Below are positions 27,659 to 36,900 of a stretch of 57,384 nucleotides of DNA, one piece after another; the first letter of the stretch is position 1, and every line of letters begins with the position of its first letter. Source of the stretch: an uncultured virus (IMG/VR IMGVR_UViG_3300033233_000011) (lineage: Duplodnaviria > Heunggongvirae > Uroviricota > Caudoviricetes); the IMG/VR virus record IMGVR_UViG_3300033233_000011; one strand, written 5' to 3'. A program made the translations under genes and the position numbers. The notes under the pieces are model-generated. The model had not been told where the DNA came from and did not search any database. It saw only the letters and a list, made by a program, of their open reading frames with translations.

Positions 27659-28230
27659 GAGACCGCCGTCCAGTCCGTCGCCAGCATGTCCGTCTGCGAC
27701 GCGAGCCAGGGCACGAACGCGCCGTCTGCGGTCCGCATACCGATCCACGGCAGCTTCCGTAGCTCCCCGGCCGGCACAGCATCACGCCGACGCTGCGCCG
27801 TCAGCGCCCACCTGTCCTCTTCGACCAGGACGAGCCACATGCCCTTGCCGTTCCAACCCGGTCGCGCGACACGCTCGCCCTGGCGCAGCCTCGCCAGTGC
27901 CCAGCCGAAGTCGTTGACGCTCGGCATCAACTCCATGGGCGGATTGGAGTGGATCGTGCCCGCGGCCCACTGCGGGTTCTGGTCGTCGTAGATGCTCCAC
28001 CTGAAGGTCGCGTGCCTGGAATCCGGAGCGACACGCTGCTTGACCTGCGCCAGCGTCGGGAACGCACTGACGGGAGCGTCCAACCCGTCGTGCACGCCAT
28101 CAGCCTCCGGCACCACCATCTTCACACAGAGGTGTCCGTTCGGGTGGCGCCTCACGCACTCGGCGTAGCGCTCCGACGGATCCTCGATCGTCGACAACGG
28201 CTGCTCCTGTTCCACGGTCGCCTCCTTCAC
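27655..28230 (-). CDS. DUF2829-domain protein (Tad2-like signalling-nucleotide sponge family) with N-terminal extension
   Basis: FGWALARLRQGERVARPGWNGKGMW...VPWLASQTDMLATDW. Confidence 0.8.
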   Translation of the reverse strand: MKEATVEQEQPLSTIEDPSERYAECVRRHPNGHLCVKMVVPEADGVHDGLDAPVSAFPTLAQVKQRVAPDSRHATFRWSIYDDQNPQWAAGTIHSNPPMELMPSVNDFGWALARLRQGERVARPGWNGKGMWLVLVEEDRWALTAQRRRDAVPAGELRKLPWIGMRTADGAFVPWLASQTDMLATDWTAVS

Positions 28231-28601
28231 CTCGGGAAGTACCGGGTCGCGCGCTTCACGCCCTTGCTCCGGATCTTCTTGCCGGCGAGCAGCTTCTTCA
28301 CGGGCAGGGTCAGGTCCTTGGTCGGCAGCCCCAGACGAGCGGCGACCTGCTCGATGCGCTCTCCCGGGTGCGCGGCGATGTCGTCGTAGAGGTGCTGGAC
28401 CGTCGCAGCGAGCAGCTTCGGGTCTCGCTTCTCGCCCTTCCGCAGGACGCCGTTCGCCTTCGCGGGCGGGAGGCGCTTCGCGGGCGCCGACTCCCAGGCC
28501 GTGCCCTTCAGGCTCTGCTCGACCTCGGTGAGGACCTGCCGCTTCACGGCCTCGTACAGGCCGGAGAGGGCCGCCTCGATGGGACTCGCTTGCTGGTTCA
28601 T
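28227..28601 (-). CDS. Basic wHTH DNA-binding protein (nucleoid-associated-like)
   Basis: KGEKRDP...HPGERIEQVAARLG...LTLPVKKL...KGVKRATRYF. Confidence 0.7.
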   Translation of the reverse strand: MNQQASPIEAALSGLYEAVKRQVLTEVEQSLKGTAWESAPAKRLPPAKANGVLRKGEKRDPKLLAATVQHLYDDIAAHPGERIEQVAARLGLPTKDLTLPVKKLLAGKKIRSKGVKRATRYFPR

Positions 28602-28774
28602 GATCTTCCTTTCGGCTTCCCGAACTTGTCCGTGAATTTGTTCGCGTCGTCTTCCTTTTTCACGAGCATCCGGACAACGCCTGCAACAGAGAGGGCGTGG
28701 CGCTTGGCGACGCGAGCGAGACGCGCCCGCTCTTCGGGCGAAGTCCGGATCACGACGACCGAGGTGCGCTTCAT
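28598..28774 (-). CDS. Ribbon-helix-helix protein (58 aa, below the ORF-track cutoff)
   Basis: MKRTSVVVIRTSPEERARLARVAKRHALSVAGVVRMLV; ATGA overlaps at both ends. Confidence 0.6.
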   Translation of the reverse strand: MKRTSVVVIRTSPEERARLARVAKRHALSVAGVVRMLVKKEDDANKFTDKFGKPKGRS

Positions 28775-29019
28775 CGCGTCACCTTGATGCTCCTGGCTGC
28801 GACGCCCCGACGCAACGCTGCACTAAACGAAAACGAGATACTGGCCGCCGACTTGACGCCCAATGCAACCATGGCCTGGCGCGTTGTGACACGAGAGTTC
28901 ACCCACTCAACCGCTAGTTCCTGAATCTGATCTTCCGGGTACTTCTTTTTGCCGAGCAAGCTAGGCTTGACCGCTTTTGCAGCCGCCGCTAGCGTCAGCG
29001 GTTTCTTCCGATCGCTCAT
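28771..29019 (-). CDS. Small basic hypothetical protein
   Basis: 82 aa, lower GC; TTGACG-N17-TATAGC upstream (29056-29028). Confidence 0.55.
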   Translation of the reverse strand: MSDRKKPLTLAAAAKAVKPSLLGKKKYPEDQIQELAVEWVNSRVTTRQAMVALGVKSAASISFSFSAALRRGVAARSIKVTR

Positions 29020-29052
29020 CGTGTAGCGCTATACGTCGTGCATCCGCATCCG

Positions 29053-29478
29053 TCAAGCCGAAAGGATCGCGGCGAACGCCTCCTCGTCGCTCGCGTACTC
29101 GACGACGGCGGGCAAGAGCGCGAAAATGCACCGGTCCGAACAGGGCGGGCTCACGACGATCTTCTTTCGGCCAGGCCGCAAGTCCGGGAAGTCCCCGGCG
29201 CCGCGCAGGGCGTAGCCGAGTTCCACCCAGGCTCCCGTGGACGGGGCGGCCGGTACGAGGAGCCACAGGACGTCCGCCTCCTGGACACCGCGGAAGTCGG
29301 CCCGGGCGAAGGCGCGCTTCTCGTAGTCCTTGAGCGCCGGGCCGGAGGAGCCGAAACTCGTGACGGGGATCGTCCAGTCGTAGGTTATGGGGATGCCCTC
29401 CTGGCGGAGGGCTTGGATCCAGCGCTGGCAACGTTCAAGTTCCTTGCTGGCGCCGGCCAAATACACGGAGGGGATCAT
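29053..29478 (-). CDS. Nucleoside 2-deoxyribosyltransferase-like protein
   Basis: VYLAG...D..GVQEADVLWLL...STGAWVELGYA. Confidence 0.75.
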   Translation of the reverse strand: MIPSVYLAGASKELERCQRWIQALRQEGIPITYDWTIPVTSFGSSGPALKDYEKRAFARADFRGVQEADVLWLLVPAAPSTGAWVELGYALRGAGDFPDLRPGRKKIVVSPPCSDRCIFALLPAVVEYASDEEAFAAILSA

Positions 29479-29861
29479 TTCTGATCCGCGTAGTGCGCGA
29501 TGACGCCCCGGACGACCGCGCCGAAGATCGCGTCCTTGGCCCGCTGCCCGCCGGGGAGCATCTCGTACGGGACGAAGCAGGGATGCTCCTTCCGCTCCGC
29601 GTCCTTCACGGGCCCGTACTTCCAACCGTCGCGGGCCTTCTCCGCGAGCCAGCACTCGTGCTGGTCCGCCGGCGTCGCGTTCGGGTTCTCCAGGACGAAG
29701 AGCACGCCGAGCCGCGCGCTCGCGCGCTGCCACTCGGACGCCTCGTCCCACGGGACCTGCGAGTCGTCGCCGATGGCGGCGCAGTAGGCGCGGTTCGCCT
29801 CGTGCGCGGCGCGGGCGGCGAGCTGGATCTGGTCTTCGGTCATCTTCTTGATCTCGGACAT
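29475..29861 (-). CDS. RyR-domain phage protein
   Basis: HECWLAEKARDGWKYGPVKDAERKEHPCFVPYEMLP..QRAKD. Confidence 0.85.
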   Translation of the reverse strand: MSEIKKMTEDQIQLAARAAHEANRAYCAAIGDDSQVPWDEASEWQRASARLGVLFVLENPNATPADQHECWLAEKARDGWKYGPVKDAERKEHPCFVPYEMLPGGQRAKDAIFGAVVRGVIAHYADQK

Positions 29862-29864
29862 CGC

Positions 29865-30116
29865 TCACCTACCTTTGTCAAAAAACTTCTTCACCGATTG
29901 ATACTCCGTACCTCGCGTCAGGTGCCACTGCCGGCACTCGGGGCACTGGTACACCTTCGTGATCCCGAGCTTGTTACCGCGGCTCCGCCGGTGCGCGCTC
30001 GGCCGTTGGCGCATCGCCGCCTGGGGCGAGGGGAACGGGATCTTGCCGGAGGGGCAGGTCATGCGCGCCTCGTCGCGTGCCAGCCGCCGGGACTTCGAGG
30101 AGTGCTGAGGGATCAC
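29865..30116 (-). CDS. Small zinc-finger protein
   Basis: CPSGKIPF...VYQCPECRQWHLT. Confidence 0.6.
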   Translation of the reverse strand: MIPQHSSKSRRLARDEARMTCPSGKIPFPSPQAAMRQRPSAHRRSRGNKLGITKVYQCPECRQWHLTRGTEYQSVKKFFDKGR

Positions 30117-30682
30117 TGTTCCACCCAATCCTCTGGACAGTATCCCTCGTCTGGGTAGAGAAACCGTGCGAGGTATCGCCACATCTGCATGTACCTATCT
30201 GCGTTCCTCAAGAGCATGGCACAATCGGCGGGCGTTTTTCTCTTCAGCGCTGGCTCTAGTTTTCCGAGCAAACCGTTGCAACTGTCGCAAAGCAAACCTC
30301 GAACACGGAATGTGTCGTGACAGTGATCCACGACAAGCAACCCGGGTTCCCTACAGGCCCAGCACAGGCCATCGTACTCTCTAAGCATCTCGCCATAGCG
30401 ACTGAACGTAAGCCCATACACTGACTCATGGTGCATGCCAGAATACAATCGATCCATCGCCAGGACCGCGTGCTTAATACCAAGCATGGGTCGAACCGTC
30501 GCGACGTCGAAGCTGGTCACGGTAACAATCTTGTAGCCGAGACTTTCCGCTGCTTTCAGGAAAACTTTCTCGCTGACCGCGACGCCCATGCTACGCCGAA
30601 CAAGATCACGGTGAGCGGGAAAATAGAAATTCTCCCGCGACGGCGCACAGCACTTCCTGATCCACTCTTCACAGATGTTCAT
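30113..30682 (-). CDS. Endonuclease VII-like (His-Me finger) nuclease
   Basis: YGLT...CWAC...VDHCHDTFRVRGLLCDSCN; lower GC. Confidence 0.85.
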   Translation of the reverse strand: MNICEEWIRKCCAPSRENFYFPAHRDLVRRSMGVAVSEKVFLKAAESLGYKIVTVTSFDVATVRPMLGIKHAVLAMDRLYSGMHHESVYGLTFSRYGEMLREYDGLCWACREPGLLVVDHCHDTFRVRGLLCDSCNGLLGKLEPALKRKTPADCAMLLRNADRYMQMWRYLARFLYPDEGYCPEDWVEQ

Positions 30683-32124
30683 GCTGAAGTCCCCTCCGCT
30701 CCACCGTGACCGTTCGCGCACGCAGCTCCACCGGGTACGGACCTTTGCGGCTCGCCGCATATCACGCACCGTAGATCATTCAATGGCAGCGAAGCAAACG
30801 TCGGATTTACAGAGCTGTTCTTCTTCTTTCGAGACACACGCTTCTTCTTCGGCTTCTCTCCCTCCGGCAACTGCGCCGGCTCGGGCTGCTCCGCCGCAGC
30901 GACCAGTTCCACCTGCGCGCCCTTGACCGACTGCGAATCGAACCTGGCCTTGCCGGGTGTCTTCGTCGCGAGGGCCTCCAGGTGCGCCTCGATGAGGCGC
31001 GTCCTGGCGGTCTTCTTCCGCGCGAAGCCATCGGGCGGTGGGTCGATCTTCTCGACGAACTCCCTCATCGCCCCGCGGTCCACGACGAGGATCGCGTCGC
31101 GGACCTCCTCCGCCGGCTTGCCGCTCTCCTCGGCGAGCACCTCCAGCGTGCGGCGCACCGGGTACTCGATCGAGTAGATCGGAATGAGGCGATAGTTGCG
31201 CCCTGCCGCCGAAAAGGGTCCGCGCTCGTTGACGCGCGCGCGCAGGATCCGTTCGAGCGCGTCCTTGCGCGAGTAGGCGATCTTCGCGATGACGTGCATC
31301 CGCTCGCGCTCGGCGGCGACCTCCTCGATGCCGTCCGAGTCGGTCTTCGTGATGTCGAGGTTGCCGAGCAGCGCCTCATCGTACTCCGAGCAGTACCGCT
31401 TGTGATCGCAGTACGGGCAGTTCGGGTTGAGGACCGCCGGGTACACCTCGTCGGTGCGCTCGGTCCGCTTCCCGAGCGCCACGACGTAGTCCTCGACGAC
31501 GCTCAGTTGGTCGTCAGTGCGCTCGGCGTAGAGGCGCTGGCCGAAGCGCAGCATGTCGAAGGCAAACTTGAACTTCTTCGCCCACGGGTAGAGCCTGCGC
31601 GCGGCGATGAGGTACACGCTTGCCTGCAGGTCACTCTCGACTTCCGACTGCGTGTAGAGCATCCGTGACGACTTGTAGTCGAGCAGCAGCGCCGTCTCCT
31701 CGTCCTCGCGCTCGGTGCGGTCGATGTAGCCGGTCACGCCGAAGGGACCGATCTGGATCTCGAACTTCACCTCGGTGCCGAGGACCCGCGAGTGGTCGAC
31801 GTCCGGGTGCTGCGCGACGTAGCGCCTGACGAGTTCGAGCCCCTCCTGGTACAGGCCGAGCGAGGAGATGATCGGCGGAGCCGCCTCGAACTCGATCCCG
31901 AACGACTCGGTGACCACGGCGTCCGGGACGAGTCCCGAGTGCTCAACTGCGACCACCCACCCGTAGATGCGCTCCAGCACCGAGTGCAGTAGCGTGCCGA
32001 ACTCCCCAGGCTCGCCCGACGACTCGGCGGGCAACTGGTCTACATAACGCAATCTAAAGGCCTTGGGGCACTGCTCGAACTTCTTCAGCCTAGAGACAGA
32101 AAGACTTGTGTTCTTGAATGTCAT
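30679..32124 (-). CDS. PD-(D/E)XK RecB/AddB-like exonuclease
   Basis: LSVSRLKKFEQCP, GTLLH, GYIDR, DYKS, QASVY, CPYCDHKRYC. Confidence 0.85.
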   Translation of the reverse strand: MTFKNTSLSVSRLKKFEQCPKAFRLRYVDQLPAESSGEPGEFGTLLHSVLERIYGWVVAVEHSGLVPDAVVTESFGIEFEAAPPIISSLGLYQEGLELVRRYVAQHPDVDHSRVLGTEVKFEIQIGPFGVTGYIDRTEREDEETALLLDYKSSRMLYTQSEVESDLQASVYLIAARRLYPWAKKFKFAFDMLRFGQRLYAERTDDQLSVVEDYVVALGKRTERTDEVYPAVLNPNCPYCDHKRYCSEYDEALLGNLDITKTDSDGIEEVAAERERMHVIAKIAYSRKDALERILRARVNERGPFSAAGRNYRLIPIYSIEYPVRRTLEVLAEESGKPAEEVRDAILVVDRGAMREFVEKIDPPPDGFARKKTARTRLIEAHLEALATKTPGKARFDSQSVKGAQVELVAAAEQPEPAQLPEGEKPKKKRVSRKKKNSSVNPTFASLPLNDLRCVICGEPQRSVPGGAACANGHGGAEGTSA

Positions 32125-32594
32125 GCTACATGCCCCCAGGTTTTCTTGGTTGCTATCTCGTGAATCGTGCAAACGGAAACACCGAAGCGAGAAGCAATCA
32201 CAACAAGACGTTGACCTCTTTCTCGAAGGCGACGAATTTCTGTAACATTCGCCTCCGTAAGCTTTGCCATCGGGTGTGCTTCCCCGGCTTTTGGCGGCGG
32301 CATGATTCCTCTTTTTTTCTTGTCACGATCATTCGCGTTATCGGTTCTGGTCCCAAGAAACAGATGTGCCGGGTTCACACATACTCTGTTATCACACGAA
32401 TGAAGAACGCACAGTTCCGGAGCAGCCCCTGTAGCGATCTCCCACGCAATACGATGCGCCAGTCGTGATCCTTTGTGATTTACCAGACCATAGCCATACT
32501 GGTTTTTGCCGGCAAGCCAAACCCAACACTGATCCCATGTTGGGTTGCTTTCGACCTTCTCGGCAAAACGCTCCAGCAGGGGACGCCGCTTCAT
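32121..32594 (-). CDS. HNH homing-type endonuclease with C-terminal HTH
   Basis: CWVW...GYG...AHRIAW...VLHSCDNRVCVNPAHLFLGT..DN; AKLTE; lower GC. Confidence 0.9.
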   Translation of the reverse strand: MKRRPLLERFAEKVESNPTWDQCWVWLAGKNQYGYGLVNHKGSRLAHRIAWEIATGAAPELCVLHSCDNRVCVNPAHLFLGTRTDNANDRDKKKRGIMPPPKAGEAHPMAKLTEANVTEIRRLRERGQRLVVIASRFGVSVCTIHEIATKKTWGHVA

Positions 32595-32770
32595 TTTGTC
32601 TCCTCCGACTTCCACGCGGGATCACACGGCGGCGCCCACCCGGATCCTCCCGGCTGGCAACTGCGGATGAAGTCGCGCACGCAGTCCACGGGGCTCTTCT
32701 TCCGGAACTCTGCGAGCCTCAGCAGCCGCGCGTACTCGTCATCCGTGACGGTGACGGTGAGGTTCTTCAC
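32591..32770 (-). CDS. Small RHH-like protein
   Basis: MKNLTVTVTDDEYARLLRLAEFRKKSPVDCVRDFI. Confidence 0.55.
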   Translation of the reverse strand: MKNLTVTVTDDEYARLLRLAEFRKKSPVDCVRDFIRSCQPGGSGWAPPCDPAWKSEETK

Positions 32771-32985
32771 GCGGACCCCGCGTAGAAATTGTGCTCGCCA
32801 TCGGGGCACCCTCGCCTCATCCGGACCAGGCAGCGCGTGACGCTCGCCAGGCTGGTTCCAAAGGACTCGGTCTGGTGGCCGCAGCGCGAGCACGTGGCCC
32901 GCACGGCCGGCACCAGCCAACCCTCGTCGTTCTCGATCTCTACCTCTTCGACGGTGCACGCCACGGTCTTCATCAGGCTCTTCAC
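32767..32985 (-). CDS. Small Cys-containing hypothetical protein
   Basis: GTG overlap; CSRCGH. Confidence 0.55.
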   Translation of the reverse strand: MKSLMKTVACTVEEVEIENDEGWLVPAVRATCSRCGHQTESFGTSLASVTRCLVRMRRGCPDGEHNFYAGSA

Positions 32986-33551
32986 TTCGGCCCCCTGCGG
33001 ATCTGCGTGATGCGCGCCTCGGGCAGTGCCGAGAGCAGGAGGTACAGGCACCGCGCGTCCTCGAACGTCAGCTCAAAGGTGTCCGCCGGCGCCGGGTCCG
33101 AGTACGAAGGCACGAGGCGAACCGGCCCCGCGGGGCACTCCAGGTCGAAGCTGACGCCGAGCGCGGCGAGCGCGGCGGCCGACTGCTGGCTGAGCGCGGC
33201 GTCGTCGTCGACCAGGGTCTTGCCGACGCGGCTGCGCGGCACCGGCTGCGCGCCCGGCGCGCTCGACAGCAGGGGCGGCAGCCGCAGGTCGAGGCGCGGG
33301 GCAGGCGCCGTGGCAGCAGGCGGCGCCCTGGAGAGGTCCCGGGATGGGGATGGGGGCGTCGACATCTGGGCGATGAGCTGCTCGACGGACGGCGACCCGG
33401 GGGCCGCCTTGTCTGGGTTCACGCGCAGCCACTCGACGCAGATCAGGGCCTCGGGCAGGGAGCAGGAACCCTTGCCGGCGTAGTGCTGGCAGGTTTTCTC
33501 ACCCGGCAGCTTCGAGTACCTGGGGCAGATGGGTGCGTGCAGCAGTGGCAT
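32982..33551 (-). CDS. Hypothetical protein (Cys-rich N-terminus, Pro-rich linker)
   Basis: ATG after AAAGGA. Confidence 0.65.
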   Translation of the reverse strand: MPLLHAPICPRYSKLPGEKTCQHYAGKGSCSLPEALICVEWLRVNPDKAAPGSPSVEQLIAQMSTPPSPSRDLSRAPPAATAPAPRLDLRLPPLLSSAPGAQPVPRSRVGKTLVDDDAALSQQSAAALAALGVSFDLECPAGPVRLVPSYSDPAPADTFELTFEDARCLYLLLSALPEARITQIRRGPK

Positions 33552-33554
33552 CGA

Positions 33555-33913
33555 CGGTCCTTTGTGTGATCTTGTTCAAAACGTGTGATCTTGACAGTCA
33601 AGAGCACAAGCGCTCCGAACCGAGTTCACAACGTAAGCTAGCATTATAATTGATGAAAAGGTCAAGATACACAAGATCACACGGATCACCTGATACAGGC
33701 TACGTATGTATTGTCGACGCGCGCAGTGGAGATCGACTGGTTGACCACTTTTTTTCTGCGTGCGGACTTGTATAAAGCCAGCCCCAAATTTTGGTGTGCT
33801 CTTGTAGCTCTTGTAACATTCTTGAATCCTTCCGTAGTAGTAGTATGTGATCTTGATTGTGATCTTGCTTGTGATCTTGACGCTCTTGCCCAAAAAACCG
33901 AGGCGCACATTTT
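33555..33913. other. Candidate replication origin: AT-rich intergenic region with iteron-like repeats
   Basis: TGTGATCTTG at 33565, 33584, 33846, 33858 and 33870; inverted copy CAAGATCACA at 33672; palindrome TCTTGAC-A-GTCAAGA at 33589-33603; directly downstream of the primase-helicase. Confidence 0.65.
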
Positions 33914-36900
33914 TCAGTTATCCTGGTCGCCGTCAGGCCACCCGGTGCCTGGCCTGAATCCTCCCCATGTGCGAGTGATTCCCTTTGGAAATTCAGCACA
34001 TTCAAGAGCTTCCGGAAGCTGTTCAGGGTCTATTTCCAGGCACCGGCACCGGCGGCCGCTCAGCGAGACGACCTTGTCGATGTCGGTCACGTACCCGGAC
34101 CGTTCCAGAGACTCGCGGGCGATGCGCCGGATGGCCTTGATGCCAAAAGTCTCGTCGCGCTGGCCGGTCTTCTTTCGCTCGGCGAGGTAGACCTCGATGC
34201 AGCCGGGCAGGTACAGGCATAGCCGGTCGAGGCCGCTCGCGGTGCTTCCTTGCCTGATCCAGGCGAAGTGCTTGTTCTCGACCAGCTCGCCGGCGTGCGC
34301 GTAGACCGAGCATGAGGCGATGAAGTGGTCGAGGGCGTTGGTGGTGCTCGAATCACCGGCGGCGACGATGCTCTCGGCGATCTGGCCGATGGCGCGCCTG
34401 GCGTCGATCCCCTGCAGGTTCAGCCCGAGGCTCTCGGCCCATTTTTCGAACAGGTGCAACCCGAAGACCACGACGAGCGCGTTGTCGGCGACGCGACTGG
34501 GCAGGGTCTTCCCTGCCAGCATGCCGGCGGCGAGTTGGCGGCTCGCCATCAGCTCCCGAGAGAAGTCGAGCCCGAGGACGAACTGCGCGTAGGGGCCCGC
34601 CAGGGCGCCCAGGTCGAGCCTGGTGAGCTTTTCGAGCACCAGGGCTCGCTCCGGGGTCAGGGCGTTGCGGTTGAACAGGGCGACGACCAGGCGCTCCAGC
34701 ACGGCCTGCTCCTCCGGGGCGCTCTCGCCGGCGATCACGGTCGGCAGCGCGAGCTTGTACGAGTCGATCGTGAGGTTCGACCGGCCGCGCTGCTCGACCT
34801 CGCCGCCGTAGATCCGGCGCACCAGGCGCAGCATGCGCGTGATGTTCCGCTCGCCGTTGTCCTTGCGCCACTCGTCGAAGATCCCGGGGATGCTCTCGGA
34901 GCTGCTCATCGTGCGGATGAGCGCGTAGTCGGTGTCGGTCACCGAGAACGGGTCCTGGCCGCGCGAGACGCCGAGCAGCGGCCACATGACCTCGCGCAGC
35001 GTGGTCGTCTTTCCGCTGCCACTCGTCCCCCAGCTCCACAGGATCGGGAAGTGCCCGATCGCCGTCCTGATCCGCGGCGCGAGCGGCGTCGCGTAGAACC
35101 AGCCGATGAGCGCGAGCATGGTCTCGGGCTCGTTCAGGCGGAGCAGGTTCGGCAGCACGATCGAGGCGAGTTCCGCCGTCGCCTTCTTGTCCGACGGCTC
35201 GTGCCGCAGCCTGCCGGCGAAGGCGCCCGGGTTCACGACGACGACGGATTCTTGGATCTCCTGCGGGTCGACCCAACCTTCCGTCGAGAGCAGCCGGCTG
35301 TCCTCGCAGGCCCACAGCCACCTGCCGGGGGAAATCTCGATGCTGCCAGGACCAACGACGCGGCCGCGCCGGCTCGGCACCGGCACGTCGGCGACGAGTT
35401 TTTTGATCCCCTGCACGTTGTCGTCGCTGCCGGTGAACTGCAGGTCCGGCAGTACGAGCGCCCCCATGAAGTCGCGGCGGCTGCGCCAGGACGACGGCTC
35501 GATGACGTGGCCCGAGAAGATCTTCCCCGCCTTCGTCTGGAAGTCGACGCGGATCGCCTCGCCTTTTCCGTTCTCGTAGACGATGCGCTCGCGCGGCCGG
35601 ATCGAGAACGTCGAGATGATCTCGGGACCCGTCGCGCCGAGGACGAAGTAGTACCCGCTCTCGTCTTCGAGGACCTGGCCGCGCAGCGTGAGCGAGTCGG
35701 TCTCGGCCTTCGGTGAGGCGAGTTGCACCTTCTTCGCGAGCAGCCCGCGCGGGATCCCGATCTTCCTGGCGACGCGGGTGACCTCCCGCTCGCGGTTGAT
35801 CGGGTCGCGCCCGACGAGCATTTCGCTGATGCGGTCCACGCGCGCCGCCATCTCGCCCGCCGGCGTCCCCTCGCCGAGCCCCTCGATCTCGAAGTCGAGG
35901 AAGCCCCTGGAGGCTGCGACCACCTTGTCGAACTCATCGATCCCGTTCTGCTGCAGGAACTCGGCGAGGTCGATCTTGTCCTTGCCCTCGGGCCGTGGGA
36001 ACTCACCGATCCGCACGTCGTGCCCGGCGCGGTAGAGGCCCTCGGCCATGGCGCGCGCGCCCTCGATGCCGCTCTGGTTCTCGTCGTTGTCGTTCAGGAT
36101 CACGATGCGGGGCCGGCGAGTGCCGAGCAACGCGATGATTCGCTCGGACTGCACCGCCGAGAACCTCGTCGTCACCGGCGAGACGCAGGCGCGCTTCAAC
36201 TGGTGCGCGACGACGCAGTCCGCGACCCCCTCGGTGATGAGCAGCGTGTCGGTTTTTCGACGGCACCAGTCCTCCCCGTAGAGCCACTCGTTCGTGACGG
36301 ACTTCGAGACGTACGGGTGCTTCTCCCCGGCGACGAACTGTTTTTTGTACTTGCTCTGATCCCATTCGGTGTCGGGCGTGTGGCCGTCCAGGCGTCGGCC
36401 GATCATGTACCGCGTTCGTTCGCCGACGAGGTACGGGAACATGATCCGACCGTCGAAGATGTCGGACGGATCGCCAGAACGATCGAAGAACAGACCGCTC
36501 TTGAGCATCTGCTCCTTCTCGAACCCGATCGCGACGAGGTAGTGCGAGAGCATCCCGCCGACCGGTGCCCACCCGATCTTCGCCGCCTCGATCATCTCGT
36601 CAGAGAGTCCCCAGCGCTCGCGGCATTCCTTCCTGATCATTTCCCCCATGTTCTTCTGGTAGAACGCAGTCGCCTCCGAGAGCACCTCCTCGACGGCGAG
36701 CCGCTCGACGAGTTTTGTCAACTCCTCGACGACGATCGGCGCCGTGCCAGCGGTCGCGCTCTGCCACTTCATGCCGACGCGCTCGGCGAGCCAGTCGACG
36801 GCCGCCCTGAAGTCGACGCTGCGGCGCTGCATCACGTACGCGAAGACGTCGCCGTGATCGCGCGTGCCGTAGTCGTAGTAGTGGCCGTCCGGGTAGAGGA

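Noticed and set aside
33555..33913. TGTGATCTTG repeats as a CRISPR array, or the short ORFs here as genes
   Set aside because: Repeats are 10 bp with irregular or 2-bp spacing; the ORFs (e.g. KITSKITIKIT) merely translate the repeats
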